Below, piece by piece: positions 20,282-30,666 of a stretch of 64,000 nt of DNA. Every line of letters begins with the position of its first letter. Position 1 is the first letter of the stretch. This DNA is from Candidatus Hydrogenedentota bacterium (GTDB lineage Bacteria > Hydrogenedentota > Hydrogenedentia > Hydrogenedentales > SLHB01): assembly GCA_963674865.2 (NCBI GenBank), contig CAXXYE010000004.1:416001-480000 (forward strand), given 5' to 3'. The translations under genes were made by a program, and so were the position numbers. The notes under the pieces were generated by a model. That model was not told the DNA's origin. It saw nothing but the letters and a program-made list of their open reading frames with translations, and made no database searches.

Positions 20282-20861
20282 GCGTGGGCATCCGCCATGC
20301 ACCTGTCAAGGAATGGGTGCACTGCCCCGAGTCATGTCCATGGTTCCTTGGGTGGCTGTAGGACGCGTTTGTAGGGGTGCATATGAGTTGGGGGATTGAG
20401 TGCGAAGGTCTTCTTTCCTGGAGTGCCGGGGGCCCGCTTGCGGGCAGGACAACATAGCGGGGGCTGGAGCGGGCAGAGGAAAAGGCCGCCACGGGCTCTA
20501 TGGGTTGTGCGCGACACGGGCGTATTCTGCAACAGGAAGATTGGCTGAACCTTCGAAGTGGATCCGTTTTCGGGCAGGCATCATCACCCTCACGTGTATT
20601 GAATCCGGCCACTTCCTAGGGGGAGCATAGCGAACGCGGGATGGCCCGGCTATCGTTCGCCTTGTTGGTTTAACCAACCAGGATTCACCTCCTCCCTGCG
20701 CCATCGCGCGGAATCGAGAATCCGGAGAAACGGAGAAGTGGGCGGTGAAATGGCGCTTCTCAAGCGGCCAATGGTACCATCGGACGCCACACGATGTGCA
20801 TGACCTCCGCCTATGAATCGCGGCTGGGAGTCCGGCGCCGCTGGGAAAGGAGTTTGGCTGA

Positions 20862-21893
20862 GTGGCTGGAAAAACGGCGAAGCAACGCCTCCGGTCCTTT
20901 GCAGTAGCGGCGGCGCTACTCTGCGGCTCGTCGCTGCTGGGGCTGGCCCTCGTTGAGGTGGGCGTCCGTCTATTTGCGCCCCAGCCGGAGATCGCCGAGT
21001 GGTTCAAGGCCGACGCTCGCTACGGCTTTGCCATGAAGCCGCATGCCAGGCAGGCCTACCGATACCTTGGTCATGGCTTCACGATGAATGTGGAAACCAA
21101 TGCCCAGGGCTTTCGTGATGACGAGCATGACTTCGCCCATCCCTTCGCCGGGCGCACGGTGTTGCTCCTCGGCGATTCGTTCGTATTCGGCTACGGCGTG
21201 AACCGGCCGGATCGCTTCGACACGTATCTCCGCGCTGGATTCGCCGGGAAAGATCCTCCGGTACGCGTCATCAACACGGGCGTGCCCGGCTGGGGGACGG
21301 CGGTTGAGGTACGCTATGCGCTCGATCACATAAAGGTTTACCAGCCGGACGTGGTCTTATTGCTTTTCTGCGGCAATGATCCCGGAAATGATCGGGGCAG
21401 GGACCTGCCGGCGCTATCCGACGAGTCCAGTCGCTTGTATTATCCCAAGCTCCTTTTGCGGAAGCATTCGCACGCATACCGCCTCCTCTTGAAGCAGGTG
21501 GCGCTGTTCAGGCATCGCCGAGCGCTCAAGAGCCGGCGGGAGCGGTCTCCCGAGGCCACTCTCAATGTGCAGAGTGCGAGCGTGATCTCGGATGAGGACT
21601 GGCAACACTCCCTCTCGCTGATCCGAGACTTCCATGATAAGCTGCTCGGCGCCCGTCCCAACGCGGCCCTCATCGTGATGGCCACTTCACCTGAGGACAC
21701 CGCCATCCACGAGCGACTCGCCGGCCTTTCAAATGGCAACAGCCTCTTCTACCTCGATCTTGAACCGGCTTTGGCAGAGCTTTCTGAGGAGGAGCGCCGC
21801 ATGCCTTGGGACGGCCACTGGAGTCCGGCCGTTCACAAGATAGCGGGGGAACTTCTGTGTGATTTCATCGAGGAACACCACCTCCTCGACTGA
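20862..21893 (+). CDS. SGNH/GDSL hydrolase family protein
   Basis: LGDSFVFG, INTGVPGWG, GND, DGHW; N-terminal TM. Confidence 0.85.
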   Translation: MAGKTAKQRLRSFAVAAALLCGSSLLGLALVEVGVRLFAPQPEIAEWFKADARYGFAMKPHARQAYRYLGHGFTMNVETNAQGFRDDEHDFAHPFAGRTVLLLGDSFVFGYGVNRPDRFDTYLRAGFAGKDPPVRVINTGVPGWGTAVEVRYALDHIKVYQPDVVLLLFCGNDPGNDRGRDLPALSDESSRLYYPKLLLRKHSHAYRLLLKQVALFRHRRALKSRRERSPEATLNVQSASVISDEDWQHSLSLIRDFHDKLLGARPNAALIVMATSPEDTAIHERLAGLSNGNSLFYLDLEPALAELSEEERRMPWDGHWSPAVHKIAGELLCDFIEEHHLLD

Positions 21894-21994
21894 CTGGACA
21901 TGGCCCGTGGGCCTTGTCGGCCACGCAAGGGGGCGGCTATAATCCGGCGCATACTTCGGGAGGCGCAATAGCTTGAACTACGGAATCGCCAGCC

Positions 21995-22531
21995 GTGCTT
22001 GACGAGAACACGCGATACATGCAGGCAGCCATTCGGGCCGCGGAATCCGCCCTGGAAGCCGGGGAGGTCCCGGTGGGCTGCGTCATTGTACACGAGCGCC
22101 AGATCATCGGGAAGGCGCACAACCAGCGTGAGACGCTTCAGGATCCAACCGCCCACGCGGAGATTCTCGCCATCACTCAGGCCGCGGCGCACCTGGGCAC
22201 CTGGCGTCTAGAGAACACCAAGCTCTATGTTACGTTGGAGCCTTGTCCCATGTGCGCCGGAGCGATCATCCTTGCGCGTATACCTGAGGTGTACTTCGGC
22301 GCGTTCGATCCGAAGGCGGGCGCGTGCGGTACCTTGATGAACCTGTTGGAAGATGGCCGCTTCAACCACACCGCGGTCGTTCACGCGGGATTGTTGGGGG
22401 ACGAGTGCGCCGCGCTGCTAACGGGCTTTTTCCAGAGTATTAGACGTGGTGCGCAATCACGCCCCCGTTCTGATCGGGACGGGCGGAATGGCCAAGGCAC
22501 GGATTGCCCGCTGCCTGACCCCTTGCTATAA
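21995..22531 (+). CDS. tadA: tRNA adenosine(34) deaminase
   Basis: GEVPVG, TAHAE, TLEPCPMC, FDPKAGA. Confidence 0.93.
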   Translation: MLDENTRYMQAAIRAAESALEAGEVPVGCVIVHERQIIGKAHNQRETLQDPTAHAEILAITQAAAHLGTWRLENTKLYVTLEPCPMCAGAIILARIPEVYFGAFDPKAGACGTLMNLLEDGRFNHTAVVHAGLLGDECAALLTGFFQSIRRGAQSRPRSDRDGRNGQGTDCPLPDPLL

Positions 22532-22569
22532 TCGCCTCGCTAAACCACACCCCTCAAGGGAGAATCCTG

Positions 22570-23325
22570 ATGAGTGATTTGCTGGCCCAGCTTGTCGAAA
22601 TGTCCCGCTACCTTGGGAGTCCCGGGAAGAATTACGCAATTCTTGGCGAAGGCAACACGTCGGCCCGTGTTGATGAAGAGCGGTTCTATGTCAAGGCTTC
22701 GGGGACGTCTCTTAGCACGATTGCGTCCGACGGTTTTGTCGCCGTATCAATCAAGAATGTCTGTGCTCTCCTCGACGATCCCGACGCCGGGGATGAGGAC
22801 GTCACGCGCGTACTGAGTGAGGCGCGTGTCGATCCGGACGAGACGCGTCGCCCCTCAGTCGAAACGGTGCTTCACGCGATCTTGCTCCAGTATCCCGAAT
22901 GCCGGTTTGTCGGCCACACCCATCCCGTTTACACCAATATGCTTTTGTGTTCACAGCGGGCTGAGGAAGCGGTGTCAGGGCGTATCTTCCCGGATCAGAT
23001 CGTGTCGATGGGACACAAGTCCATCTTCATCCCCTATGTCGATCCGGGACTGCCGCTTGCGCGTGAAGTGCGGCGACGCGTGGCGGACTACGTCGAATCC
23101 GAGCGCGTTCTGCCCCGTGTGCTCATGATGCAAAACCACGGTTTGATCGTCCTGGGCGATTCGCCCAAGGCGGTGAAGTCCTGTACGGATATGACGGAGA
23201 AGGCGTCGCAGGTGCTCGTGGGAACCTACGCGCTCGGCGGGCCGCGCTTCATGGAGCCGCGCGATGTCGACCGCATATTCACGCGACCTGATGAAGCCTA
23301 TCGACTCAAGAGCATAGCCGGCTGA
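22570..23325 (+). CDS. Class II aldolase/adducin family protein
   Basis: GEGNTS, VKASG, PSVET, HTHP, QNHG. Confidence 0.85.
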   Translation: MSDLLAQLVEMSRYLGSPGKNYAILGEGNTSARVDEERFYVKASGTSLSTIASDGFVAVSIKNVCALLDDPDAGDEDVTRVLSEARVDPDETRRPSVETVLHAILLQYPECRFVGHTHPVYTNMLLCSQRAEEAVSGRIFPDQIVSMGHKSIFIPYVDPGLPLAREVRRRVADYVESERVLPRVLMMQNHGLIVLGDSPKAVKSCTDMTEKASQVLVGTYALGGPRFMEPRDVDRIFTRPDEAYRLKSIAG

Positions 23326-23358
23326 GGCCTGTCCGAGGGCACAGCCAAGGAGAAAAGC

Positions 23359-24963
23359 GTGACGAGATTTGAGGAATACGGGAGGGCTGACGCGCCGCTG
23401 CCTTCAACCTACAGCGCGTGGCAAGTGTTCGGAGCGGGATTCGAGAATATTGGGCGCGACGGCAAACCGGTCGAACTTGAACTGCGCCCCCCCGCCGAGG
23501 ATGAGATCCTGCTTCGTGTAGATGCATTGGGACTTTGCCTGTCGGATATCAAGATCGTGAATCTTGGCGGCAAGCATCCGCGTCTTCGCGGCCGCGACTT
23601 GGCACACGATCCCACCGTGCTTGGCCATGAGGCTGCGGTGACGGTCGCGGCGGTAGGTGCGAAATGGAAGGACCGGTTTGGCGTCGGTGAGCGCTATATC
23701 GTCCAGGCCGATATCTACTACAAGGGCCTTGGCTACGCCTTCGGTTATCTTATTCCAGGGGGCCTCGCCCAGTACTGCTATCTCGACGAGCGCGCCCTCG
23801 ACGGCGATGAAGGCTGCTACCTGTTGCCGGTAAAGGCCGACACGGGATACAGCCAAGCCGCTTTGGCGGAGCCGTGGGCCTGCGTCGAGATGTCCTACAG
23901 CCTTGACGACCGCCTACGCCCGGGCTGCGGCGACTTGCTTATCGTGACAGATGATCCGGCAGCATGGGAAGAAGCCAATCCCGACGCCCTCATCCTCCCG
24001 CCGACGCTCGACACTCTGGCGGATGATCGGTTTGACGACATCATTCTCACCTCCCCGACGGCCGAATTGGTGAATGCGCTGGCGCCGAGACTGCGTAAGA
24101 ACGGCGCCATGTTTCTCTTAGGCTTTGGCGAGGACGCCGGCGTGACGCTGGACATAGGGCGAATTCACTACGACGGCCTGCGATTCTACGGCGGCGGGGA
24201 GGATATGGAGGCCGTCGAGGAGGCGAATGCGCGGCACACGCTCCGCGCCGGGGGGGGCGCCTTGTTTATCGGTGCGGGCGGGCCGATGGGCCAGATGCAC
24301 GTGCAGCGAGCCATTGAGGTGTCGGGCGGCCCGAAGCGCGTCGTCGTCACCGACCTGGACCGCGCGCGGCTGGACCACATTGCCGCACGGTTCGACGAGT
24401 TGGCCCGCGGAAAACAGGTCGAACTGATCACTTTGTCGCCGAGCGAATTCGAAGATCAGGGCGCCATGGACGCGCGCCTGCGTTCCCTCGCGCCGGATGG
24501 CTATGACGATGTGGTTGTCCTTGCGCCGGTAGCCTCATTGGTGTCCGCAGCAACCAAGTTCGCGGCGGACAACGGCCTGGTCAATGTGTTCGCCGGCCTG
24601 GCCATCGGCACCACGGCCGAGATAGGGCTCCGCGACCTTTGCCGGGGAGTGAAAATCATCGGTTCCAGCGGATCGCGTATTCGCGATCTCAAGAAAGTGC
24701 TCGACATGGTCGAGGATGGCAAACTCAACACCAATATGAGCGTTGCGGCAATCGGTGGGCTGAACGCGGCGCGTGAGGGACTTGAGGGAGTGCGGGAGGC
24801 CCGCTATCCCGGCAAGACCGTCATCTACACACAGATTCCCTCGCTGCCCCTGATGAGCATTGAGGACATTCCGGAGAAGCTTCCTGAGATTGGCCCCCTC
24901 TTGGGCTCGCAGTGCGCCTGGACCAAGGAAGCGGAGAAAGCTTTGTTGGAGAATAACTTATGA
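23359..24963 (+). CDS. Zinc-binding (MDR) dehydrogenase, sorbose-1-phosphate reductase-like
   Basis: GLCLSD, LGHE, AEPWAC, GAGGPMG. Confidence 0.8.
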   Translation: MTRFEEYGRADAPLPSTYSAWQVFGAGFENIGRDGKPVELELRPPAEDEILLRVDALGLCLSDIKIVNLGGKHPRLRGRDLAHDPTVLGHEAAVTVAAVGAKWKDRFGVGERYIVQADIYYKGLGYAFGYLIPGGLAQYCYLDERALDGDEGCYLLPVKADTGYSQAALAEPWACVEMSYSLDDRLRPGCGDLLIVTDDPAAWEEANPDALILPPTLDTLADDRFDDIILTSPTAELVNALAPRLRKNGAMFLLGFGEDAGVTLDIGRIHYDGLRFYGGGEDMEAVEEANARHTLRAGGGALFIGAGGPMGQMHVQRAIEVSGGPKRVVVTDLDRARLDHIAARFDELARGKQVELITLSPSEFEDQGAMDARLRSLAPDGYDDVVVLAPVASLVSAATKFAADNGLVNVFAGLAIGTTAEIGLRDLCRGVKIIGSSGSRIRDLKKVLDMVEDGKLNTNMSVAAIGGLNAAREGLEGVREARYPGKTVIYTQIPSLPLMSIEDIPEKLPEIGPLLGSQCAWTKEAEKALLENNL

Positions 24964-25751
24964 GTGAACGCCTGAGCGGAAAGAAGGCCGTCGTCACGGG
25001 CGCCGCCCAAGGGCTCGGGGCGGCTATCGTCGAGCGTCTGGCCATCGAGGGATGCGATGTGGTGGCCTGGGATATCAACGAGGAACAGGTTTCCAATACC
25101 GCCAAAACGCTGTCAGCGAAGACCGGCCGGCGAATCCTGCCTATGGCGTTGGATGTTACCGACGCGGAGCGAGTGCGTCAGTGTATGGACGCGTCGGCCG
25201 AGCAGCTTGGCGGACTCGACGTGTGCGTAGCCAATGCGGGTATCCTGGTATCGGGCGACTCCATCGAGTTCGACATCGCCGCCTGGCGGAAGGTCGTCGA
25301 AGTGAACCTGGTCGGCTACTTCATTTGCGCACGCGAGGCGATCCGCGTGATGCTGCCTCAACGCAAGGGCTCGGTTGTCCAGATTAACTCGAAGTCGGGC
25401 AAGGTGGGCAGCTACCGCAACAGCGTCTACGTGGCGTCTAAATTCGGCGGCATCGGCGTGACTCAGAGCCTGGCTCTCGAGTACGCCGAAGCGAATATCC
25501 GCGTGAATGCCGTATGCCCAGGCAATCTGCTCGACTCGCCCCTTTGGGTGGACAGTCTGTACAAGCAGTACGCCGAGAACCAGGGAGTCTCCGAGGAGGA
25601 GATCCGGCAGCGCTACATCGAGAAAGTGCCTATGAAACGCGGGTGTCACTACGATGATGTCACCAACGTCGTCGTCTTCCTCGCTTCCGATGAATCCACC
25701 TACATCACGGGCGAAGCCGTCAACGTGACGGGTGGGCAAGTGATGCACTGA
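24960..25751 (+). CDS. srlD: Sorbitol-6-phosphate 2-dehydrogenase-like SDR
   Basis: TGAAQGLG, QINSKSGKVGS, YVASKFG, GNLLDSPLW, VNVTGGQVM. Confidence 0.85.
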   Translation: MSERLSGKKAVVTGAAQGLGAAIVERLAIEGCDVVAWDINEEQVSNTAKTLSAKTGRRILPMALDVTDAERVRQCMDASAEQLGGLDVCVANAGILVSGDSIEFDIAAWRKVVEVNLVGYFICAREAIRVMLPQRKGSVVQINSKSGKVGSYRNSVYVASKFGGIGVTQSLALEYAEANIRVNAVCPGNLLDSPLWVDSLYKQYAENQGVSEEEIRQRYIEKVPMKRGCHYDDVTNVVVFLASDESTYITGEAVNVTGGQVMH

Positions 25752-25767
25752 GAGTACAAGCGTACCT

Positions 25768-26829
25768 ATGGGCGACCCAGCGGAAACAGAGACGAAAGAC
25801 GACGCCGCAGCGGCCAAGTCAGAGGGCGAAAGGGCAGCCCTGCAGCCGTGCAGCTATGTGGATTCCGCGGGTGCCCCGTGTCGGTTCAAAGCACTTCGGG
25901 GCAAGGACCTATGCTTTTGGCACGATCCCGAGGTGTCGAAGACGGGGCCGCTTGTCGGCCCGCTGCTGGATCGACTGGCTGGCGAGAACGTCAACCTTGA
26001 GGGCTTCCAGCTACAAGACGTCGATCTGGAGTGCCGCCGTCTGCCGCAAGCTCTGATGGTTCGGACCAACCTGCGCGGCGCACGGTTGTTCAGGGCTCAT
26101 CTCGAAGGGGCTCACCTCTTCGACGCGGACCTGACCGGGGCATCTCTCTTCAAAGCGCACCTCTCCGGCGCCAATCTTCGGTCCGCAGACCTCACGGATG
26201 CTAACCTGTTGGGCGCCAACCTGAAAGGCACCAAACTGGAGGGGGTGCAGCTCGGAAAAGGCCACAAGGTTGCCAATGAGCGGGAGGGGGATGAGCACAG
26301 GCGCAAAGGGAATCGCGAGAAGGCTGTAAAGCACTGGCATGAGGCGGAGGAGATCTACCTCGCTCTGCTCAACAACTATCGCGAGGCCGGCCGCCACGAC
26401 GAAGCGAGTGAGCTCTTCTACCGGTTCAAGACGGCCCGCCGCAAGATCATGCCGCCCTTCACCGCCGCGCGCTGGGCCTCGGGATTCATGAATATTCTCT
26501 GCGGCTATGGCGAGAAACCCATCCGGGTCATTCTGGCTTGGCTTGTTCTTATTGCGTTCAGCTCGTTTTTCTTCTTCTTTCTCGGGTTGCTGGACGCAGA
26601 CGGGAACCTCGTTATCTTTGACGCCAGTCAGGATATCCTCACCAACCTGCGCGCCTATGCCGCGAGCTTCTACTTCAGCATTATTACAATGACAACAACG
26701 GGTTACGGAGATCTTACGCCTACACCGGGACTATGCGGGACGCGCAGTTTCGCCGCCGTTGAGGCCTTTGCCGGATCGTTCCTCACGGCCGTCTTTGTCC
26801 TTGTCTTCGCCCGAAAAATGATGCGCTGA
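25768..26829 (+). CDS. Pentapeptide-repeat protein fused to a potassium-channel (Ion_trans_2) domain
   Basis: A(D/N/H)LxG repeats; TTTGYGD selectivity filter between TM helices; N-terminal Cys/His cluster. Confidence 0.88.
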   Translation: MGDPAETETKDDAAAAKSEGERAALQPCSYVDSAGAPCRFKALRGKDLCFWHDPEVSKTGPLVGPLLDRLAGENVNLEGFQLQDVDLECRRLPQALMVRTNLRGARLFRAHLEGAHLFDADLTGASLFKAHLSGANLRSADLTDANLLGANLKGTKLEGVQLGKGHKVANEREGDEHRRKGNREKAVKHWHEAEEIYLALLNNYREAGRHDEASELFYRFKTARRKIMPPFTAARWASGFMNILCGYGEKPIRVILAWLVLIAFSSFFFFFLGLLDADGNLVIFDASQDILTNLRAYAASFYFSIITMTTTGYGDLTPTPGLCGTRSFAAVEAFAGSFLTAVFVLVFARKMMR

Positions 26830-27016
26830 GTTCGCGTTTCCAGGGCGTTTCACGCCAACTTACGACGGCCCTCACCTTGCTAAGATCTTACTAATAGAAC
26901 TCTTGCGTGCTGTTTCATAATGTTTCGCCAGGTGCCGGCGGTTGCCTCCCGCTCTAAGTGTTCTTCGGCGGCATGTTTGCCTTGCCGTTGAGGCGCCGTA
27001 GGCGGCGCTGGCAGAC

Positions 27017-27043
27017 TAAAGTTTCGGAAGGTTATGACGATAA
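27017..27043 (+). promoter_or_regulatory. Sigma-28 promoter
   Basis: TAAA-gtttcggaaggttat(15)-GACGATAA; shares AGACTAAAGTT with the flagellin promoter. Confidence 0.75.
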
Positions 27044-27094
27044 AAATCAGCAGTAGGGGTAGAAAAAGGAGATCCCGACGCAGAAAGGAGGCCT

Positions 27095-27289
27095 ATGATG
27101 TCTGGCATGACAGCAGTAGGCGGCGTCGGGGCCGCTCTGAGCCAGGCTCGAATCCAGGCCGACTATCAGGTGCGTGTGCTGAAGGAACAGCAGGCTGCAA
27201 CTGAGGATCTGGGATCAGCGGCGTTGGAATTGATACAACGTGCTTTATCGTTCGAGCCAACACAGCACGACCTCGACGTCACAGCCTAG
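27095..27289 (+). CDS. Small YjfB-like putative motility protein
   Basis: Strong SD AAAGGAGG; LSQARIQADYQVRVLKEQQ...AALELI...LDVTA pattern; sigma-28 promoter upstream. Confidence 0.65.
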   Translation: MMSGMTAVGGVGAALSQARIQADYQVRVLKEQQAATEDLGSAALELIQRALSFEPTQHDLDVTA

Positions 27290-27672
27290 GACTCAGATGA
27301 TACTCCTTTGAGGGAGGTGTCCGCACGGAGGCGGCGCCTCCCAACCCTTTTGTAGGGGGGGAAGTGTACAGCGTCAGGGGGAGTTTCGACGTAGCCCTTG
27401 GCCGCCTCTCCTCTAGCGATCGCCAAATGCTCGCCTAACATCGCGCCCAGCGCCCGGTGGAGCTCCCTCGGCTCGATGATCAAGCTCCGAGAAGAGCGGC
27501 GTTGGCCTCGTCCGGCGGGCCCGATTACCTTGTGCCTTGGAGTGATATCGGCGCTCCCTAATTGACTTGTTTCGGATAAGGGCCGTATCATACCGCCTTC
27601 AATACGTCTCAACGTTCTCCCGTGCGCTGTGTAGTTGCACATATCCGGAGCAGACGATTCCAGAGGGCGGGG

Positions 27673-28431
27673 ATGGGCAAGGTCATCGCGATAGCCAATC
27701 AGAAGGGCGGGGTCGGCAAGACCACCACCGCCGTGAATCTAGCCGCCTGCATCGCCGCCGCCGGCCGGCGGGTACTGCTGGTCGACCTCGACCCTCAGGG
27801 CAACGCCACAAGTGGCTTGGGCATCGACAAGAACGGACTCGAGCACACGCTTTACGACGTCTTGCTCAACAATACACCCGTCGCGACAGCCTACCACACT
27901 ACACTGATGGAACACCTCACGCTGCTTCCGTCGAACAAGCAACTCGTGGGGGCGGAGGTGGAACTTGTCGATGCGCAGGGCCGGGAGTTCTACCTGTGGC
28001 GAGTTCTCAGCAATGCCAAAGAAAACTTCGACTTCGTGTTCATCGACTGCCCGCCGTCTCTGAGTCTGCTCACCCTCAACGGTTTGGTCGCGGCCGATGC
28101 GACACTCATTACGCTGCAATGCGAGTACTACGCGCTCGAAGGCTTGAGCGAATTGCTCCAGACCCTTAAACTGGTGCGGGATCGTTTGAATCCAAGGCTG
28201 CGATTGCACGGCGTGCTTATGACCATGTACCAACACACGAATCTGGCGGCCCAGGTCATCGCCGACGTCCGTAAGCACCTCGGGGCCAAGGTCTTCGAGA
28301 GTGTGATTCCTCGCAACGTGCGTCTCAGTGAGGCGCCGAGTTTCGGCAAACCGATCATCTTCTACGACCTGAAATCGGCGGGAGCGCGCGCGTATATGGC
28401 GCTCGCGCGGGAGGTGCTATCACGTGGCTAA
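27673..28431 (+). CDS. parA: Chromosome partitioning ATPase ParA/Soj
   Basis: IANQKGGVGKTTT, DLDPQGN, IDCPPSL, QCEYYALEG. Confidence 0.96.
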   Translation: MGKVIAIANQKGGVGKTTTAVNLAACIAAAGRRVLLVDLDPQGNATSGLGIDKNGLEHTLYDVLLNNTPVATAYHTTLMEHLTLLPSNKQLVGAEVELVDAQGREFYLWRVLSNAKENFDFVFIDCPPSLSLLTLNGLVAADATLITLQCEYYALEGLSELLQTLKLVRDRLNPRLRLHGVLMTMYQHTNLAAQVIADVRKHLGAKVFESVIPRNVRLSEAPSFGKPIIFYDLKSAGARAYMALAREVLSRG

Positions 28432-29308
28432 TCCGAAGAAGAGGGGCCTCGGCAAGGGATTGGGCGCGCTCATCTCCGACATAGGGGACGCGCCTGAATC
28501 AACGCGGGAACCCGCGGCAGTACCTCAAGGCGATCACCAGGTGCTTGAACTCGATCCAAGCACCATCAAGCCCAATCCGCACCAGCCGCGCACCCACTTC
28601 GACGAGGCCGCGCTGCAGGAACTGGCCGAATCGGTGAAACTCGACGGTGTGCAAGAGCCGATCATCGTCCGTGAACGCGGAGGCCACTATGAGTTGGTAA
28701 CGGGTGAACGTCGTGTCCGGGCATGCATCATGGCCGGTTTGGATACGGTCCCGGCCATCTGCCGCGAGGTCTCCGACAGCGACATGCTGAAGCTGGGGCT
28801 CATCGAGAATATCCAGCGCGAGAACCTCAACGCCATGGAGACGGCCCGCGGCTATCATCGCCTCATCGAGGAGTTCCACTGGACGCAGGAAGAACTGGCA
28901 CGGCAGGTAGGTAAGAATCGAGTCACCGTGGCTAACATGCTGCGCCTTATCAACCTGCCGGGCGACGTGCAGGCCCGCGTCGAGGACGGCTCGATTACCA
29001 TGGGCCACGCGCGTGCGCTGCTCGCCTTTCCATCGGCCGAGAGGCAGAGTGCGGTGTGCCGGAAGATCGTTGCGGACGGCCTGTCCGTGCGCCAAGTCGA
29101 GAAGATGGCCTCGCCGCCCGCGCCAAAGGCCAAGCAGGCTGCGCCGAAGGATCCGCATCTGGCCAGCATCGAGGATCGCCTCCGCCGCCGCTTTGGCACG
29201 CGAGTCAATATCCGTGCCTCGGGGAAGAAGAAGGGCAAGATCGTCATCGACTACTTCAACCTGGATGACCTCGAACGCATCCTCGAAGTGCTCGGCGAGA
29301 GCAACTGA
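28424..29308 (+). CDS. parB: Chromosome partitioning protein ParB/Spo0J
   Basis: RGLGKGLGALI, PNPHQPR, GERR, IENIQRENL, HTH. Confidence 0.96.
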   Translation: MANPKKRGLGKGLGALISDIGDAPESTREPAAVPQGDHQVLELDPSTIKPNPHQPRTHFDEAALQELAESVKLDGVQEPIIVRERGGHYELVTGERRVRACIMAGLDTVPAICREVSDSDMLKLGLIENIQRENLNAMETARGYHRLIEEFHWTQEELARQVGKNRVTVANMLRLINLPGDVQARVEDGSITMGHARALLAFPSAERQSAVCRKIVADGLSVRQVEKMASPPAPKAKQAAPKDPHLASIEDRLRRRFGTRVNIRASGKKKGKIVIDYFNLDDLERILEVLGESN

Positions 29309-29391
29309 TCCGTCTTCGCGGCCGGGCCTCATGCGCATGGCGCGCGGTAGGTTATAGATTTCACCTAAGAGAACCGGAAGGATAAACGTGC

Positions 29392-30666
29392 ATGTTGGAC
29401 ATCAAGCTTCTTCGTGACGATCCCGAGGCCATACTCGCCGCCCTCGAAAGGCGCAACAACCCCCTGGATATTGCCCCCATCCTTGCACTTGACGAATCCC
29501 GCCGCGCGCTTGTCTACGAGGCCGAGCAGCTTCGCGCGGAGCAGAACCGGGCGTCCGGGGAGATAGCCAAGCTAAAGAAAGCGAAGCAGGACGCGTCCGC
29601 CGCCATCGCCGCGATGAAGGAGGTAAGCGATAAGGTCAAGGCTCTCAACGAGCAGGTGAAACAGGCGAATGATGAATTGCGCAGCCAACTCCTTATCGTG
29701 CCCAATATGCCGCACGAGTCCGTCCCCGTGGGTGCTGACGAGTCGGCGAACCGCTTGGAGCGTACGTGGGGAGAGGCGCCTGCACTCGACTTCGAGCCCA
29801 AAGACCATGTTGACATAGGCACGGGCCTGGACATACTCGACCTTGACCGCGCGGCAAAGATCTCCGGGGCGCGGTTCAGCTTGCTCCGGGGCGCGGGCTC
29901 GCGTCTGTCGCGGGGGTTGGTTCAGTTCATGCTTGATACGCACACCCAGGAGCACGGCTACACCGAGTTCCTGCCGCCTTTCCTCGTGAGTTCCGAGACG
30001 ATGGAGGGGTCGGGGCAACTCCCGAAGTTTGCCCAAGAGGCGTTCTGTGTCCGAGATCGAGACCTTTGGCTGGTGCCCACGGCCGAGGTGCCTCTCACCA
30101 ACATCCACCGCGATGAGATTGTGTCCGGCGACGACCTTCCTCTGAAGTACACGGCCTACACACCTTGCTTCCGCAGCGAGGCCGGCTCGCACGGCAAGGA
30201 TACGCGCGGCATGCTCCGCCAGCATCAGTTCGATAAGGTGGAGTTGTACAAGTTCACGACACCGGAGCAGTCATGGGATGAACTTGAGTCCCTGACCGCC
30301 AACGCCGAAGCCATTCTCCAGAAGCTCGGCCTGCACTACCGCGTGGTGGCCTTGTCGACGGGTGACATGGGTTTTTCGGCCGCGAAGACGTACGACCTCG
30401 AAGTCTGGCTACCGGGCCAGGATACATACCGCGAGATCAGCTCCTGCTCGAATTGTACGGACTTCCAGGCGCGCCGGGCGAATATCCGCTTCCGCCGCGA
30501 CAAGAAGCCGGAATTCGTACACACCCTTAATGGGTCGGGACTTGCCGTCGGACGCACGCTGATTGCCGTTCTCGAGAACTACCAGCAGAAGGACGGCTCG
30601 GTGGTGCTCCCCGAGGCGCTGCGGCCTTACATGGGCGGACTGGAAGTGCTGGAACCGGCACAGTGA
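29392..30666 (+). CDS. serS: Serine--tRNA ligase
   Basis: [35 protein letters not shown]. Confidence 0.97.
   Translation: MLDIKLLRDDPEAILAALERRNNPLDIAPILALDESRRALVYEAEQLRAEQNRASGEIAKLKKAKQDASAAIAAMKEVSDKVKALNEQVKQANDELRSQLLIVPNMPHESVPVGADESANRLERTWGEAPALDFEPKDHVDIGTGLDILDLDRAAKISGARFSLLRGAGSRLSRGLVQFMLDTHTQEHGYTEFLPPFLVSSETMEGSGQLPKFAQEAFCVRDRDLWLVPTAEVPLTNIHRDEIVSGDDLPLKYTAYTPCFRSEAGSHGKDTRGMLRQHQFDKVELYKFTTPEQSWDELESLTANAEAILQKLGLHYRVVALSTGDMGFSAAKTYDLEVWLPGQDTYREISSCSNCTDFQARRANIRFRRDKKPEFVHTLNGSGLAVGRTLIAVLENYQQKDGSVVLPEALRPYMGGLEVLEPAQ

Noticed and set aside
20700..20816. Peptide KWRFSSGQWY, reminiscent of a REP-associated tyrosine transposase C-terminus
   Set aside because: No HUH motif or continuous ORF; too short to support a pseudogene call
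27286..27591. About 100-aa minus-strand ORF between the YjfB-like gene and parA
   Set aside because: No recognisable motifs and a weak SD; could be real but is unsupported
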